This document shows, in pieces, positions 19,446 through 27,707 of a stretch of DNA of 64,000 bases (the stretch's first letter is position 1; each line of letters opens with the position of its first letter). This DNA is from an uncultured Peptococcaceae bacterium. GTDB lineage: Bacteria > Bacillota > Peptococcia > Peptococcales > Peptococcaceae. The position numbers and the translations under genes were made by a program. The notes beneath the pieces were generated by a model that did not search any database, was not told where the DNA came from, and saw only the letters and a list, made by a program, of their open reading frames with translations. Where the stretch lies: assembly GCA_902462325.1 (NCBI GenBank), contig CABQBF010000001.1, forward strand, positions 11,478 to 75,477. The letters run 5' to 3'.

Positions 19446-19528
19446 AGCAACGGGCTATCTCTTTTCAAAAAATTGCAGAACATGATATAGAAACCGTGTG
19501 AGAAAAAATCCTTTCAGGAGGGGCATAA

Positions 19529-20971
19529 ATGAAAAAACCGAGTACAAGGCAAGAGATTTTTCAAAAACGATGGCTGATTTTTTTCGCTGTTGTGGTACAA
19601 ACCTTTATTAGCTGTGTAGATCAGAGCAGCGTTAATGTGGCGCTGCCCAGTATGGCCGATGAATTGGGCGTGCACATGGCCAGCATTGAATGGGTGGTAA
19701 CGGCCAACACGCTGGTCATCATCTGTCTGATTTTATTATTCGGCAAGCTGGGCGATACCATCGGCAAGGATAAAATATTTAAAACCGGTACTTTGGTGTT
19801 CATCGCCGGTTCGCTGTTGTGCGTACTGGCCGGCAGCTATCCTTTCCTGCTGATGGGCCGCATCATTGAAGGCATAGGATCTGCCGCCACCATGGCCAAT
19901 AACCAGGGCATTATTGTGCAAACCTTTCCGCTGCACGAGCGGGGCAAAGCGCTGGGCCTTTCCGGCAGCAGCGTGGCCTTAGGCTCTATGGTGGGCCCGT
20001 CCTTGGGCGGCTTGATTGTATCCTATTTTAACTGGAACGCTATTTTCGCCATGAATATTCCTGTGGCGCTGCTTTGCTTTATTCTGTGCTGCTGCTATTT
20101 GCCCGACATGTCTACCGGCAAAAAAGAAAAAACAGATCTCCGCGGCGCGGCGCTGTTTATCGTGATGATTTTCTGCGTGTATGGCGGCGTGAAGCTGCTG
20201 CAGGCTGGCGGCAGCTATTATCTGTATTGCCTGCTGCTGCTGGCTGTGGCGCTGATTTTTGGCTATGGCTTTTTGCGCTGGGAAGCGAAGCAGGGGAATG
20301 CTATGCTGGATATCCGAATGTTTCACAATAAATTATTTGCCGTCAGCGTATTCTGCGCCTTCCTGTCCTTTTTTGCCATCGCCGGACATAACTTTATTCA
20401 GCCCTTTTATCTGCAAAAGGTGCAGATGCTCAGCGCCGCGCAGACAGGGCTTCTGATGATGGCCTACTCGCTGACCATGTGCATTGTAGCGCCCTTCAGC
20501 GGACAACTGTCCGATAAAATCGGCTCCGAATTTCTCTGTTTTGTAGGGCTGTGCATCATTACAGTGGCGTTATTGATTTTATCGACCTTGGGCGTCGATA
20601 CATCGTTATTGGTATTCCTGGCAGGCTCCATTACGATGGCCGTGGGCATGGCCATGTTCCAGTCGCCCAACACATCGCTGATTATGTCCACCGTACAGAA
20701 ACATCAGACCGGCGTAGCTGGCAGCATCAATGCGCTGGCCCGCAATTTAGGGATGGTATTTGGAATTTCCCTGTCCACCGTTCTTTTATATAATGTCATG
20801 AGCGGTCAATTAGGCTACACCGTCATGAGCTTTGTCGAAGGCGAAGAGCAGATCTTTGTAACGGCGATGCACTGGGTGTACCGCTTTATGGCCTTTATCA
20901 GCGCAGTAGGCGCCGTTCTGACCGGCTTGCGCTGGAAAAACCGAAAGGAACATGAACAGGAACAAGCATAG
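19529..20971 (+). CDS. MFS transporter, DHA2 drug-efflux type
   Basis: 480 aa and 14-TMS-like, with GKLGDTIGKDKIF (motif A) and GRIIEGIGSA. Confidence 0.8.
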   Translation: MKKPSTRQEIFQKRWLIFFAVVVQTFISCVDQSSVNVALPSMADELGVHMASIEWVVTANTLVIICLILLFGKLGDTIGKDKIFKTGTLVFIAGSLLCVLAGSYPFLLMGRIIEGIGSAATMANNQGIIVQTFPLHERGKALGLSGSSVALGSMVGPSLGGLIVSYFNWNAIFAMNIPVALLCFILCCCYLPDMSTGKKEKTDLRGAALFIVMIFCVYGGVKLLQAGGSYYLYCLLLLAVALIFGYGFLRWEAKQGNAMLDIRMFHNKLFAVSVFCAFLSFFAIAGHNFIQPFYLQKVQMLSAAQTGLLMMAYSLTMCIVAPFSGQLSDKIGSEFLCFVGLCIITVALLILSTLGVDTSLLVFLAGSITMAVGMAMFQSPNTSLIMSTVQKHQTGVAGSINALARNLGMVFGISLSTVLLYNVMSGQLGYTVMSFVEGEEQIFVTAMHWVYRFMAFISAVGAVLTGLRWKNRKEHEQEQA

Positions 20972-21001
20972 AGAAAAACAATAGAAAAAGATGTATCGAA
21001 A

Positions 21002-21045
21002 AACAGTCTGGCAAAAGGCGTATCCATTTGTGCCAGACTGTTTTC
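21002..21045 (+). terminator. rho-independent terminator after the MFS gene
   Basis: AACAGTCTGGCA / TGCCAGACTGTT stem followed by TTTT. Confidence 0.7.
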
Positions 21046-21190
21046 ATACGTGCGCCAAGGATAGCCATTTGGGTGCGGGAAAATCCGTAAAGCAACAAAA
21101 CTGTTGATAAACAAAGCTGAAACCGCTACAATAGAAGCAGAAAAAATTGCAGAAGACCATTGTTCAGGCGAACAGAGAAAGGAGTCCGGC

Positions 21191-21292
21191 ATGGGTGAAC
21201 TGATTGCAGTATTACTGGATTTTTTGAGTACCATCATAGCATGGGGAAAGGCTTTCTGGGAAGGAGACGAGGAAGAACATGGATTGGATTGA
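21191..21292 (+). CDS. candidate small protein (33 aa), hydrophobic helix plus acidic tail
   Basis: AAAGGAG RBS 6 nt before the ATG. It encodes MGELIAVLLDFLSTIIAWGKAFWEGDEEEHGLD and overlaps the prmA start. No homology was recognised. Confidence 0.2.
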   Translation: MGELIAVLLDFLSTIIAWGKAFWEGDEEEHGLD

Positions 21293-22217
21293 AATAAAAA
21301 TGGAAGTGCAGGACCGCAACGCGGTGGAGGGCATCTCCAATATGCTGACAGAAATGGGCACCGGCGGCGTGATGATTGAGGACCCGCAGGCTATCGCCGA
21401 TTACGCCGAAAGCGGGCAGTGGGACGCCCACGAATTCAGCGACGAATTGCTGCACCGCAAGGAAATCTATATCAAATCCTACTTGCCGCAGGATGAAAAC
21501 CTGATGAACCGCATTGAGCAAATTATTATCGAGCTGAACGAAATTGAAACCCGCATGGACTTAGCGCCCACCCGCGTAACCTACAAGCCCGTGCAGGAGG
21601 AGGATTGGGCCAACGCCTGGAAGGTCTATTTTAAGCCGGAACGCATCGGCAAAAAAACAGTCATCAAGCCCACTTGGGAGCAGTATGACAAGCAGGACGG
21701 CGATTTAATCATTGAAATCGACCCCGGCATGGCCTTTGGCACCGGCAACCATGCCACCACAGCCTTGTGTCTGCAAATGCTGGAGGACTATGTGCAGCCC
21801 GGCATGGATGTGATGGACGTGGGCACCGGCAGCGGCATTTTGGCAGTGCAGGCAGGATTGTTAGGCGCAGCCTCGGTGCAGGCCATGGATTACGATACAG
21901 TAGCAGTGTCCGCCGCCACCGAAAACGTAGCGCTCAACGGCCTGCAGGATAAAATTTCCGTTTGCCAGAGCGACTTGTTGGCGCAAGCCAAAGGACAAGC
22001 CGATATCATGGTAGCCAATATCATCGCCGATATCATTATCCGCCTGACGCCAGCGGCCAAAGAGTATCTAAAAGGCCCCAAACTATTTATTTCCTCCGGT
22101 ATCATCGACACCCGCAAGGAGGATGTGCTGGCAGCGCTGGCACAGAACGGTTTCGCGATTGTCGAAGTGCGGGAAAGCGCCGGTTGGGTGGCCATTGCCG
22201 CCCGCTATGAGGGCTAA
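21279..22217 (+). CDS. prmA: ribosomal protein L11 methyltransferase
   Basis: WIEIKMEV..., FKPERIGKKTVIKPTWE, IIEIDPGMAFGTGNHATT and DVGTGSGILA are PrmA hallmarks. Confidence 0.9.
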   Translation: MDWIEIKMEVQDRNAVEGISNMLTEMGTGGVMIEDPQAIADYAESGQWDAHEFSDELLHRKEIYIKSYLPQDENLMNRIEQIIIELNEIETRMDLAPTRVTYKPVQEEDWANAWKVYFKPERIGKKTVIKPTWEQYDKQDGDLIIEIDPGMAFGTGNHATTALCLQMLEDYVQPGMDVMDVGTGSGILAVQAGLLGAASVQAMDYDTVAVSAATENVALNGLQDKISVCQSDLLAQAKGQADIMVANIIADIIIRLTPAAKEYLKGPKLFISSGIIDTRKEDVLAALAQNGFAIVEVRESAGWVAIAARYEG

Positions 22218-22220
22218 GCC

Positions 22221-22967
22221 ATGAGACGTTTTTTTGTAGCGCCGGAAGCGGTGCAGGGCAATACCATTTCCTTTGACGGCGAACTGGCTCACCACATGGG
22301 CAAAGTGCTGCGGCTCACCACCGGCGAGCAGGTGACGGTCTGCACCGGCGATGGCGCAGCCTATGTGGTGGAATTGCAGCAATTCAGCAAAAATGCTATC
22401 AACGGCGTTATTTTACAGCGCATGGAAAACCAGCAGGAAACCGCTGTGCAGGTGGTGCTGTATCAGGGGATGCCCAAGGGCGAAAAATTGGAGCTGATTA
22501 TTCAAAAATGCACCGAGTTAGGCGTTAGCGCCATTGTTCCTGTCGAAACCAGCCGTTCCGTGGTGCGTTTAGACAGCGGCAAAGCCGCCAAAAAAACAGA
22601 GCGGTGGCAAAAAATCGCCCAGGAAGCCAGCCAGCAATCCAAACGGGTGCAAGTGCCCACCGTTGGCCCCTATTTGCAGTGGAAGCCCTTTTTGCAGCGC
22701 ATCCAGCAGGACGACGGCCTTACCATCATCTTTTGGGAAGACGAACAGACCCAAGGGCTCAAGCAGCTCTTACAACAACTGCCCCAACAACCGCAGAAAA
22801 TCAACCTGATTGTCGGCCCTGAAGGTGGTCTGTCGACTGAAGAAGTAGAACAACTGCGCCAAGCAGGCGCCGTCAGCGCCAGCTTGGGCAAACGCATCCT
22901 GCGCACCGAAACAGCGGGCGTGGTGGGGGTAGGGGTAGTGCTCTACCAGTTTGATGAGCTAGGCTGA
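22221..22967 (+). CDS. rsmE: 16S rRNA (uracil1498-N3)-methyltransferase
   Basis: MRRFFV... N-terminus, a PUA-like region and a C-terminal IVGPEGGLS..E...LGKRILRTETA SPOUT knot. Confidence 0.9.
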   Translation: MRRFFVAPEAVQGNTISFDGELAHHMGKVLRLTTGEQVTVCTGDGAAYVVELQQFSKNAINGVILQRMENQQETAVQVVLYQGMPKGEKLELIIQKCTELGVSAIVPVETSRSVVRLDSGKAAKKTERWQKIAQEASQQSKRVQVPTVGPYLQWKPFLQRIQQDDGLTIIFWEDEQTQGLKQLLQQLPQQPQKINLIVGPEGGLSTEEVEQLRQAGAVSASLGKRILRTETAGVVGVGVVLYQFDELG

Positions 22968-23000
22968 TGGGCATATTAAATTTCCGTATAGCTGCGTTGT

Positions 23001-23057
23001 TTTGCAAACGGCTAGCTCGCATACTCGTATGTATAGCCTCGCGTCGCCGTTTGCAAA
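23001..23057. repeat. 12-bp perfect inverted repeat (TTTGCAAACGGC / GCCGTTTGCAAA) around a 33-nt loop that contains a nested hairpin
   Basis: The arms are at 23001-23012 and 23046-23057, read directly from the sequence. Confidence 0.4.
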
Positions 23058-23116
23058 GCCGCCTTGCTCTACGAAAATTTTCTAATGCCCATGATGAGGA
23101 CGTGTCTTTTTCCGCT

Positions 23117-23341
23117 TCACATTTTGGCCTTGCGTACGTTAGATATAAAAAAATAAAGCCGTGAGCCCAGATATAAACAGGGTCCACGGCTTTTTGTATG
23201 ATTTGCATCGTACCAATACTGTCCTTCAATGGCGCTTATCAGTAAATTCTCATCACGAATACCAGCAATACAACGGTTATCTCGTACTAGATTTTTATGA
23301 ACTTCCATCACATAATTAAACTTTACAGTGAAATCAGTCAT
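23117..23341 (-). pseudogene. truncated Fic/Doc (death-on-curing) toxin gene; only about the first 47 codons are Doc-like
   Basis: VMEVHKNLVRDNRCIAGIRDENLLISAIEG matches the Doc N-terminal region. The similarity is lost where the ORF runs into the 23155-23195 hairpin, and the HxFx(D/N)GNKR motif is absent. Confidence 0.5.
23155..23195. terminator. bidirectional terminator-like hairpin (A-run / stem / T-run)
   Basis: AAAGCCGTG (23155-23163) pairs with CACGGCTTT (23185-23193). It is flanked by AAAAAAATAAA and TTTTT. Confidence 0.5.
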
Positions 23342-23463
23342 GATAAAAGCTCTATTTCTTTGGCATTGTATTTGTAGGCGTCTTCGTATGCTTTTAACGC
23401 TTGGATTTTAACGATTAAATCTTCTTTTTCCTCAGGTGTTGTGGCCTTTTTTAAGGCGGCCAT
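23338..23463 (-). CDS. small helical ORF (41 aa) overlapping the Doc start by ATGA; possible antitoxin remnant
   Basis: It encodes MAALKKATTPEEKEDLIVKIQALKAYEDAYKYNAKEIELLS. A TTGCAA-17-TATACT promoter and an AAAGGAGGG RBS lie upstream on the minus strand, but the RBS-spaced codon is ATA (23484). Confidence 0.25.
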   Translation of the reverse strand: MAALKKATTPEEKEDLIVKIQALKAYEDAYKYNAKEIELLS

Positions 23464-23704
23464 CAATTCATCATAGTGGGTTATGGGGATTCCCTCCTTT
23501 ATGACTAAGTATAGAGGAATCGAGAGGTTTTTGCAAGAAGCGGACGGAGGATTGTGATGATGGATTATAATAAATTATCTTCGCAGCGCCAGCTTCATAA
23601 AAATTTTCCCAATTATAAAGCGAAACATCTTCCAGAGAGTAAAAACGATATGGCGGCAAAAAAGGTGTTCCTTTCGTCGATTGACGTTGGGACACCTTTC
23701 TATT

Positions 23705-24424
23705 TCACCGTATAATCAGGATAAAGCCGTAAATCAGCATGATGGCGTACACGATATTTTTCAGCCGCTGGGGATTCATGTGGTTCAGCAGTTTGTTGCC
23801 CAGATAAATGCCCGGCGGGATGGCTAGCAGGCCAATGGCCGAGTAGTGGACGGCGGCCGGTGTAACCAGGCCGTTCATGTAACGGATGGCCAACAGGAAG
23901 ATTTCGGTAACGGCAAACCAAGCCTGCACGCTGGCGGTATAGCGGCGCACGTCGTTGCTGACGGTGAGCAGATACAGCACGATTGGAGGCCCACCGACAC
24001 AGAACAGGCTCTCCAGGGTGCCGCTTAAAGCGCCGGCAATAAAGCCGTTGCGTTTGGTGGGCTGGATGCGGATTTTTTTCTGAAAGAAGATAAAATACAG
24101 GCTCAGCAAAATCAGCACAACGCCCAGCACTTTTTTGATAGAGCCGTCCTCCACTGTACTCAGCAGCCGCACAGCGAAGCAACTGGCGATAAAATAGCTG
24201 ATGAAGGTTGGCACAATCCACTTCCACACGATTTCCTTATGCATACGGATGGCATTGATGGCGGTAAAGGCCAGTGTGAGCACCGTCACGCATACTGTGG
24301 CGCAGGAATAGGTAGGCATCAGCAATGGAAACACCATAATGGTGATGATGCCAAAGCCAAAGCTGGTGGAGGTGTGAATGGCGGTGGCGATAAAGGTGAC
24401 CAGTAAAAGAATGGCAATGGACAT
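23705..24424 (-). CDS. TauE/SafE (TSUP, DUF81) family anion/sulfite exporter
   Basis: 239 aa and 7-8 TM, with the duplicated TSUP pattern (GFGFGIITI...; GALSGTLESLFCVGGPPIVLY). Confidence 0.75.
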   Translation of the reverse strand: MSIAILLLVTFIATAIHTSTSFGFGIITIMVFPLLMPTYSCATVCVTVLTLAFTAINAIRMHKEIVWKWIVPTFISYFIASCFAVRLLSTVEDGSIKKVLGVVLILLSLYFIFFQKKIRIQPTKRNGFIAGALSGTLESLFCVGGPPIVLYLLTVSNDVRRYTASVQAWFAVTEIFLLAIRYMNGLVTPAAVHYSAIGLLAIPPGIYLGNKLLNHMNPQRLKNIVYAIMLIYGFILIIR

Positions 24425-24622
24425 GACAAGCAGACTCCCTTGGGAAAAAATTGATTGATGGATGCACTCTTGTATCTAAAAGAAAGAAGTGCTATACTAA
24501 AATACATACGACGATTTTAATTTATACTAATATTCTATGAATTCGCTGAAAGAACGGCGCCTGCTGTTTTGGCCGGTGCATTTACCTGTATTGCTCAGCT
24601 TTCAGAAAAGGAGGAACACGTT

Positions 24623-25525
24623 ATGCGCATCGATCAGCTAGCCGCATTGGTGGAGGTTGCCAAATCCGGCTCGATTAATTCTGCGTCTAAAAAACTGCAT
24701 GTTACACAGCAAAGCCTAAACAAATCACTGAAAAGTCTGGAAAATGAAATGAATTGTCATTTGCTGGACCGCACCAAGAAAGGAATTCGTCTGACTGCTG
24801 ACGGTGAGAAGGTGCTCAGCGCCGCCCAGGATATTATCAGCCGCTTAAATAAGCTGGAACGGGAATTAAATTTAAAACAGCATGCCGATACTTCGCTGCA
24901 CGGCAATTTGAATGTCAACTTGTCGCCTATGTTGAATATCTCGGTTCTTCCTGTGGCGTTTAAGGATTTTATATCCCATTATCCAGAAGTGAATTTATTT
25001 ACGGCAGAACGCTATCGGGATCAGATTTTGGAACGATGCTTAACCCATCAGGAGTTGGGCTTGTTGTGCGTATCGCCGCTGATTACTGAATTTTTTGACA
25101 ATATTCCCGACGAGATTGAGCTAATTCCTATGAAGCAGTACCCGATTTATGTAGCTGTCTCGGCTGGACATCCGCTGGCGGACCATAAATCGCTTTCGGT
25201 TAGCACGGTGGCCCATTATCCCTTTGTGGTGTATGAGATTGGCGGCACCGGCGGCGTTCATGCTTTTCAAAAGCTGGGACATACCAAGGTGGCTTTATCC
25301 ACCAATAACTACAAGCTGTGCGAAGAAATTCTGCGCAATGACACAGCCATTATGTACAGTTTTCCACCCTATCTGGAGCGCAATGTGTTCCCGACGCTTG
25401 TGCATATCCCCATTAAGGATAAGCAGGCGACCTTTACTATTTATGCTGCGCTGAATAAAAAGATGGATAAAAATCAGTTGTCGTTGGCGCGGGCGTTTAT
25501 TCATGTATTTAACGAGTATCTATAA
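24623..25525 (+). CDS. LysR family transcriptional regulator (divergent from tauE-like, directly upstream of the BMC operon)
   Basis: MRIDQLAALVEVAKSGSINSASKKLHVTQQSLNKSLKSLE is a LysR HTH. AAGGAGG RBS upstream. The ORF-track start at 24569 is rejected. Confidence 0.85.
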   Translation: MRIDQLAALVEVAKSGSINSASKKLHVTQQSLNKSLKSLENEMNCHLLDRTKKGIRLTADGEKVLSAAQDIISRLNKLERELNLKQHADTSLHGNLNVNLSPMLNISVLPVAFKDFISHYPEVNLFTAERYRDQILERCLTHQELGLLCVSPLITEFFDNIPDEIELIPMKQYPIYVAVSAGHPLADHKSLSVSTVAHYPFVVYEIGGTGGVHAFQKLGHTKVALSTNNYKLCEEILRNDTAIMYSFPPYLERNVFPTLVHIPIKDKQATFTIYAALNKKMDKNQLSLARAFIHVFNEYL

Positions 25526-25789
25526 AATACAGTAGGATTATAGCACATCCTTTTGGGTTGTGCAATATTGAACAAGTCGGTATACAATATGACAGAAAGC
25601 GGTGCTGGCAGCCGCTTTTTTGTATCGCCGACGGCGCCGAAAAACCGCCGAATTATGGCGCGAAAAAGGGGCGGTATTGCTGCAGCACAAGGAAAAGCAT
25701 GCTCCAGAATTACCCTGAACGGAAAAGTTGAAAATAAAGCATTGATACAACTAGAAGTGGCAAAGAATAAATTGCAAAAGGCTTGCTCA

Positions 25790-25846
25790 GGCAGTATACT
25801 TAAAATATAATAAATTTATAGTATTATATCATGCAAGCATACTGCC
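25790..25846. promoter_or_regulatory. long AT-rich imperfect palindrome in the LysR-BMC intergenic region
   Basis: The outer arms are GGCAGTAT (25790-25797) and ATACTGCC (25839-25846). The inner arms are ATATAATA (25805-25812) and TATTATAT (25822-25829). Confidence 0.35.
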
Positions 25847-25941
25847 GTAGGGCGTTCATAAAAGGATTTTCGACAATCTATTCTATCTTTTCACCGGATA
25901 TCGGCTATATCATTTTGATTGTGTCAAAATGGGGCGTTATC

Positions 25942-25950
25942 TGATAAAAT
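25942..25950 (+). promoter_or_regulatory. extended -10 element (TGATAAAAT) with a poor -35; candidate activator-dependent promoter of the BMC operon
   Basis: TG at 25942-25943 and TAAAAT at 25945-25950. It lies about 120 nt upstream of the first BMC gene. Confidence 0.3.
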
Positions 25951-26072
25951 GAAAGGGAACAATCTTAACGTCGTACAGGCAAGCGCTGCAATTTTTTTAT
26001 GTTTTTGCTGGTCAAAGCCAGCGCCAGGCTGGCGATTGTCTGTAAATTCTGAATTGCAGGTGAGTTGAAACT

Positions 26073-26417
26073 ATGGAAGAAAAGCAGCGTATTATTCAAG
26101 AGTATGTGCCTGGCAAGCAGGTGACTTTGGCGCACATCATTCCCAGTCCGGTGCCTTCGCTTTATATGAAGCTGGGCTTGGTAGATGCGGAGGGGGCAAT
26201 CGGCATCTTTACCATTACGCCGACGGAAGCGGCGATGATTGCCGCCGATGTGGCTTCTAAGGCTGCTGATGTTGATTTGGGTTTGGTAGACCGGTTTAAC
26301 GGCAGTTTGGTGATTACCGGTGACGTGGCTGCTGTGGAGGCTGCCATGCAGGAAGTGTTGCACGTACTTTGCGGGCAGATGGGCTTTACCGCCGCTGCAG
26401 AGCTGACCAGAAGCTGA
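26073..26417 (+). CDS. BMC shell protein, circularly permuted BMC-H (EutS/PduU type)
   Basis: It carries the EutS/PduU signature N-terminus ([18 protein letters not shown]) and a permuted BMC domain. Confidence 0.85.
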   Translation: MEEKQRIIQEYVPGKQVTLAHIIPSPVPSLYMKLGLVDAEGAIGIFTITPTEAAMIAADVASKAADVDLGLVDRFNGSLVITGDVAAVEAAMQEVLHVLCGQMGFTAAAELTRS

Positions 26418-26427
26418 GGTGGCAGGC

Positions 26428-26904
26428 ATGGCAAAAAAAGAAGGCCCCAAACGGGCTATCCTCATAGGTCGCTCAACGGCTGGTAAGACAACCATGTGCC
26501 AGTATATTTCCCAGGAGGAACTGCAGTATCACAAAACGCAGACGGTGCAGGTCATTGACGAAAGGTTAATCGACACGCCCGGTGAGTATTTGGAGAGCAG
26601 ACGGTTTCGCGGCTCACTGACAACGACGGCTGCCGACGCCGATATTATCGTGCTGGTGCAAGACGCTACCGAAAACGGCACCATGTTTTGGCCGGCCTAT
26701 TCTTCTATGTTCGCTAAGCCGGCGATCGGTGTGGTGACCAAAAGCGATATTGCCACGGAAAAGCAGATTGACACAGCGAAAAAGTATTTGACCATGGCCG
26801 GTGCTCAAAAATTATTTGTGACCAGCAGCGTGGCAGGCACAGGCTTTGATGAATTTCTGGAATATCTGGACTATCCTCGGCGGGAGCAAAGCACAGAAGC
26901 GTAA
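26428..26904 (+). CDS. EutP/PduV family microcompartment-associated GTPase
   Basis: Walker A (GRSTAGKTT), IDTPGEY and VVTKSD fit the EutP/PduV pattern. Confidence 0.8.
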   Translation: MAKKEGPKRAILIGRSTAGKTTMCQYISQEELQYHKTQTVQVIDERLIDTPGEYLESRRFRGSLTTTAADADIIVLVQDATENGTMFWPAYSSMFAKPAIGVVTKSDIATEKQIDTAKKYLTMAGAQKLFVTSSVAGTGFDEFLEYLDYPRREQSTEA

Positions 26905-27095
26905 ATTGGTTTATGGCTGCCCATTCCGGCTGATCGGTCTGTCCCGGCAGACAGTCGGGCGGTATGTGGCGGATATAAGATATCAGATAAAAAGATGCAG
27001 GAGGTGGTCGCCCCAATCGTACAATGGACTGCATGGTGAAATTGGACATGATAGAAACAAAATAAGAAATTTTGAATGTCCGATGGAGGTGAAAT

Positions 27096-27704
27096 ATGAA
27101 AGCATTAGGTTTAATTGAGCTCTTAGGATATTGTCCTGCAGTGGTAGCGCTGGATACTGCGTTGAAAACAGCCGATGTATCGTTCCAGCAAATCAGTAAA
27201 ATTGATAAAGGCATTGTTTCTTTAACAGTGACTGGCGATGTAGCGGCGGTACAAGCAGCTATGGACGCGGCAAAAGCGGCAGCGGAACAGGTTGGGCAGG
27301 TATTATATGTACATGTCATTCCCCGTCCCCATGAGGAAGTGGATGCCATGTTGAATCCGCCACCGGCAGCACCGCAGGCGCCAACGCCACAGCCGCCGTC
27401 TGCTCCTGATGCGCCTTCCGGCGATGGGGCAGAAGCAGTGGAAGAAGTGGAGGCTGCAGCGCAGGACAGCGCGGAGGAGGATGAGGAAGAGCCCTCGGCT
27501 CAGGAAGCGGCAGAGCCATCAAGTGATGTAAAGGCTTTGCTGGAAACTCTGACTCCGGAAGTGTTGGAGGGTATGACCGTGAAGGAATTACGCACGGTTG
27601 CCCGTGAATTGAATATCACCAACATGACGCGGAAGGAAATCAGATTTGGCAAAAAAGAAGACTTAGTGTCCTCTATTTGTAAATATTTAGAACAGGAGTG
27701 TTGA
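27096..27704 (+). CDS. BMC-H shell protein with a long Pro/Ala/Glu-rich linker and a C-terminal Rho_N/SAP-like helix-extended-helix domain
   Basis: Residues 1-90 form a canonical BMC domain (ALGLIELLGY...VIPRPHEEV). A low-complexity acidic linker of about 65 aa follows, then MTVKELRTVARELNITNMTRKEIRFGKKEDLVSSICKYL. Confidence 0.8.
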   Translation: MKALGLIELLGYCPAVVALDTALKTADVSFQQISKIDKGIVSLTVTGDVAAVQAAMDAAKAAAEQVGQVLYVHVIPRPHEEVDAMLNPPPAAPQAPTPQPPSAPDAPSGDGAEAVEEVEAAAQDSAEEDEEEPSAQEAAEPSSDVKALLETLTPEVLEGMTVKELRTVARELNITNMTRKEIRFGKKEDLVSSICKYLEQEC

Positions 27705-27707
27705 TTT

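Noticed and set aside
26905-27095. 190-bp gap inside the BMC operon and the overlapping ORF 26846-27118 (90 aa).
   Set aside because: The ORF has no RBS, a basic and odd composition, and overlaps the ends of two good genes. I saw small hairpins (CTGTC/GACAG) but nothing I can support as a gene or a known RNA element.
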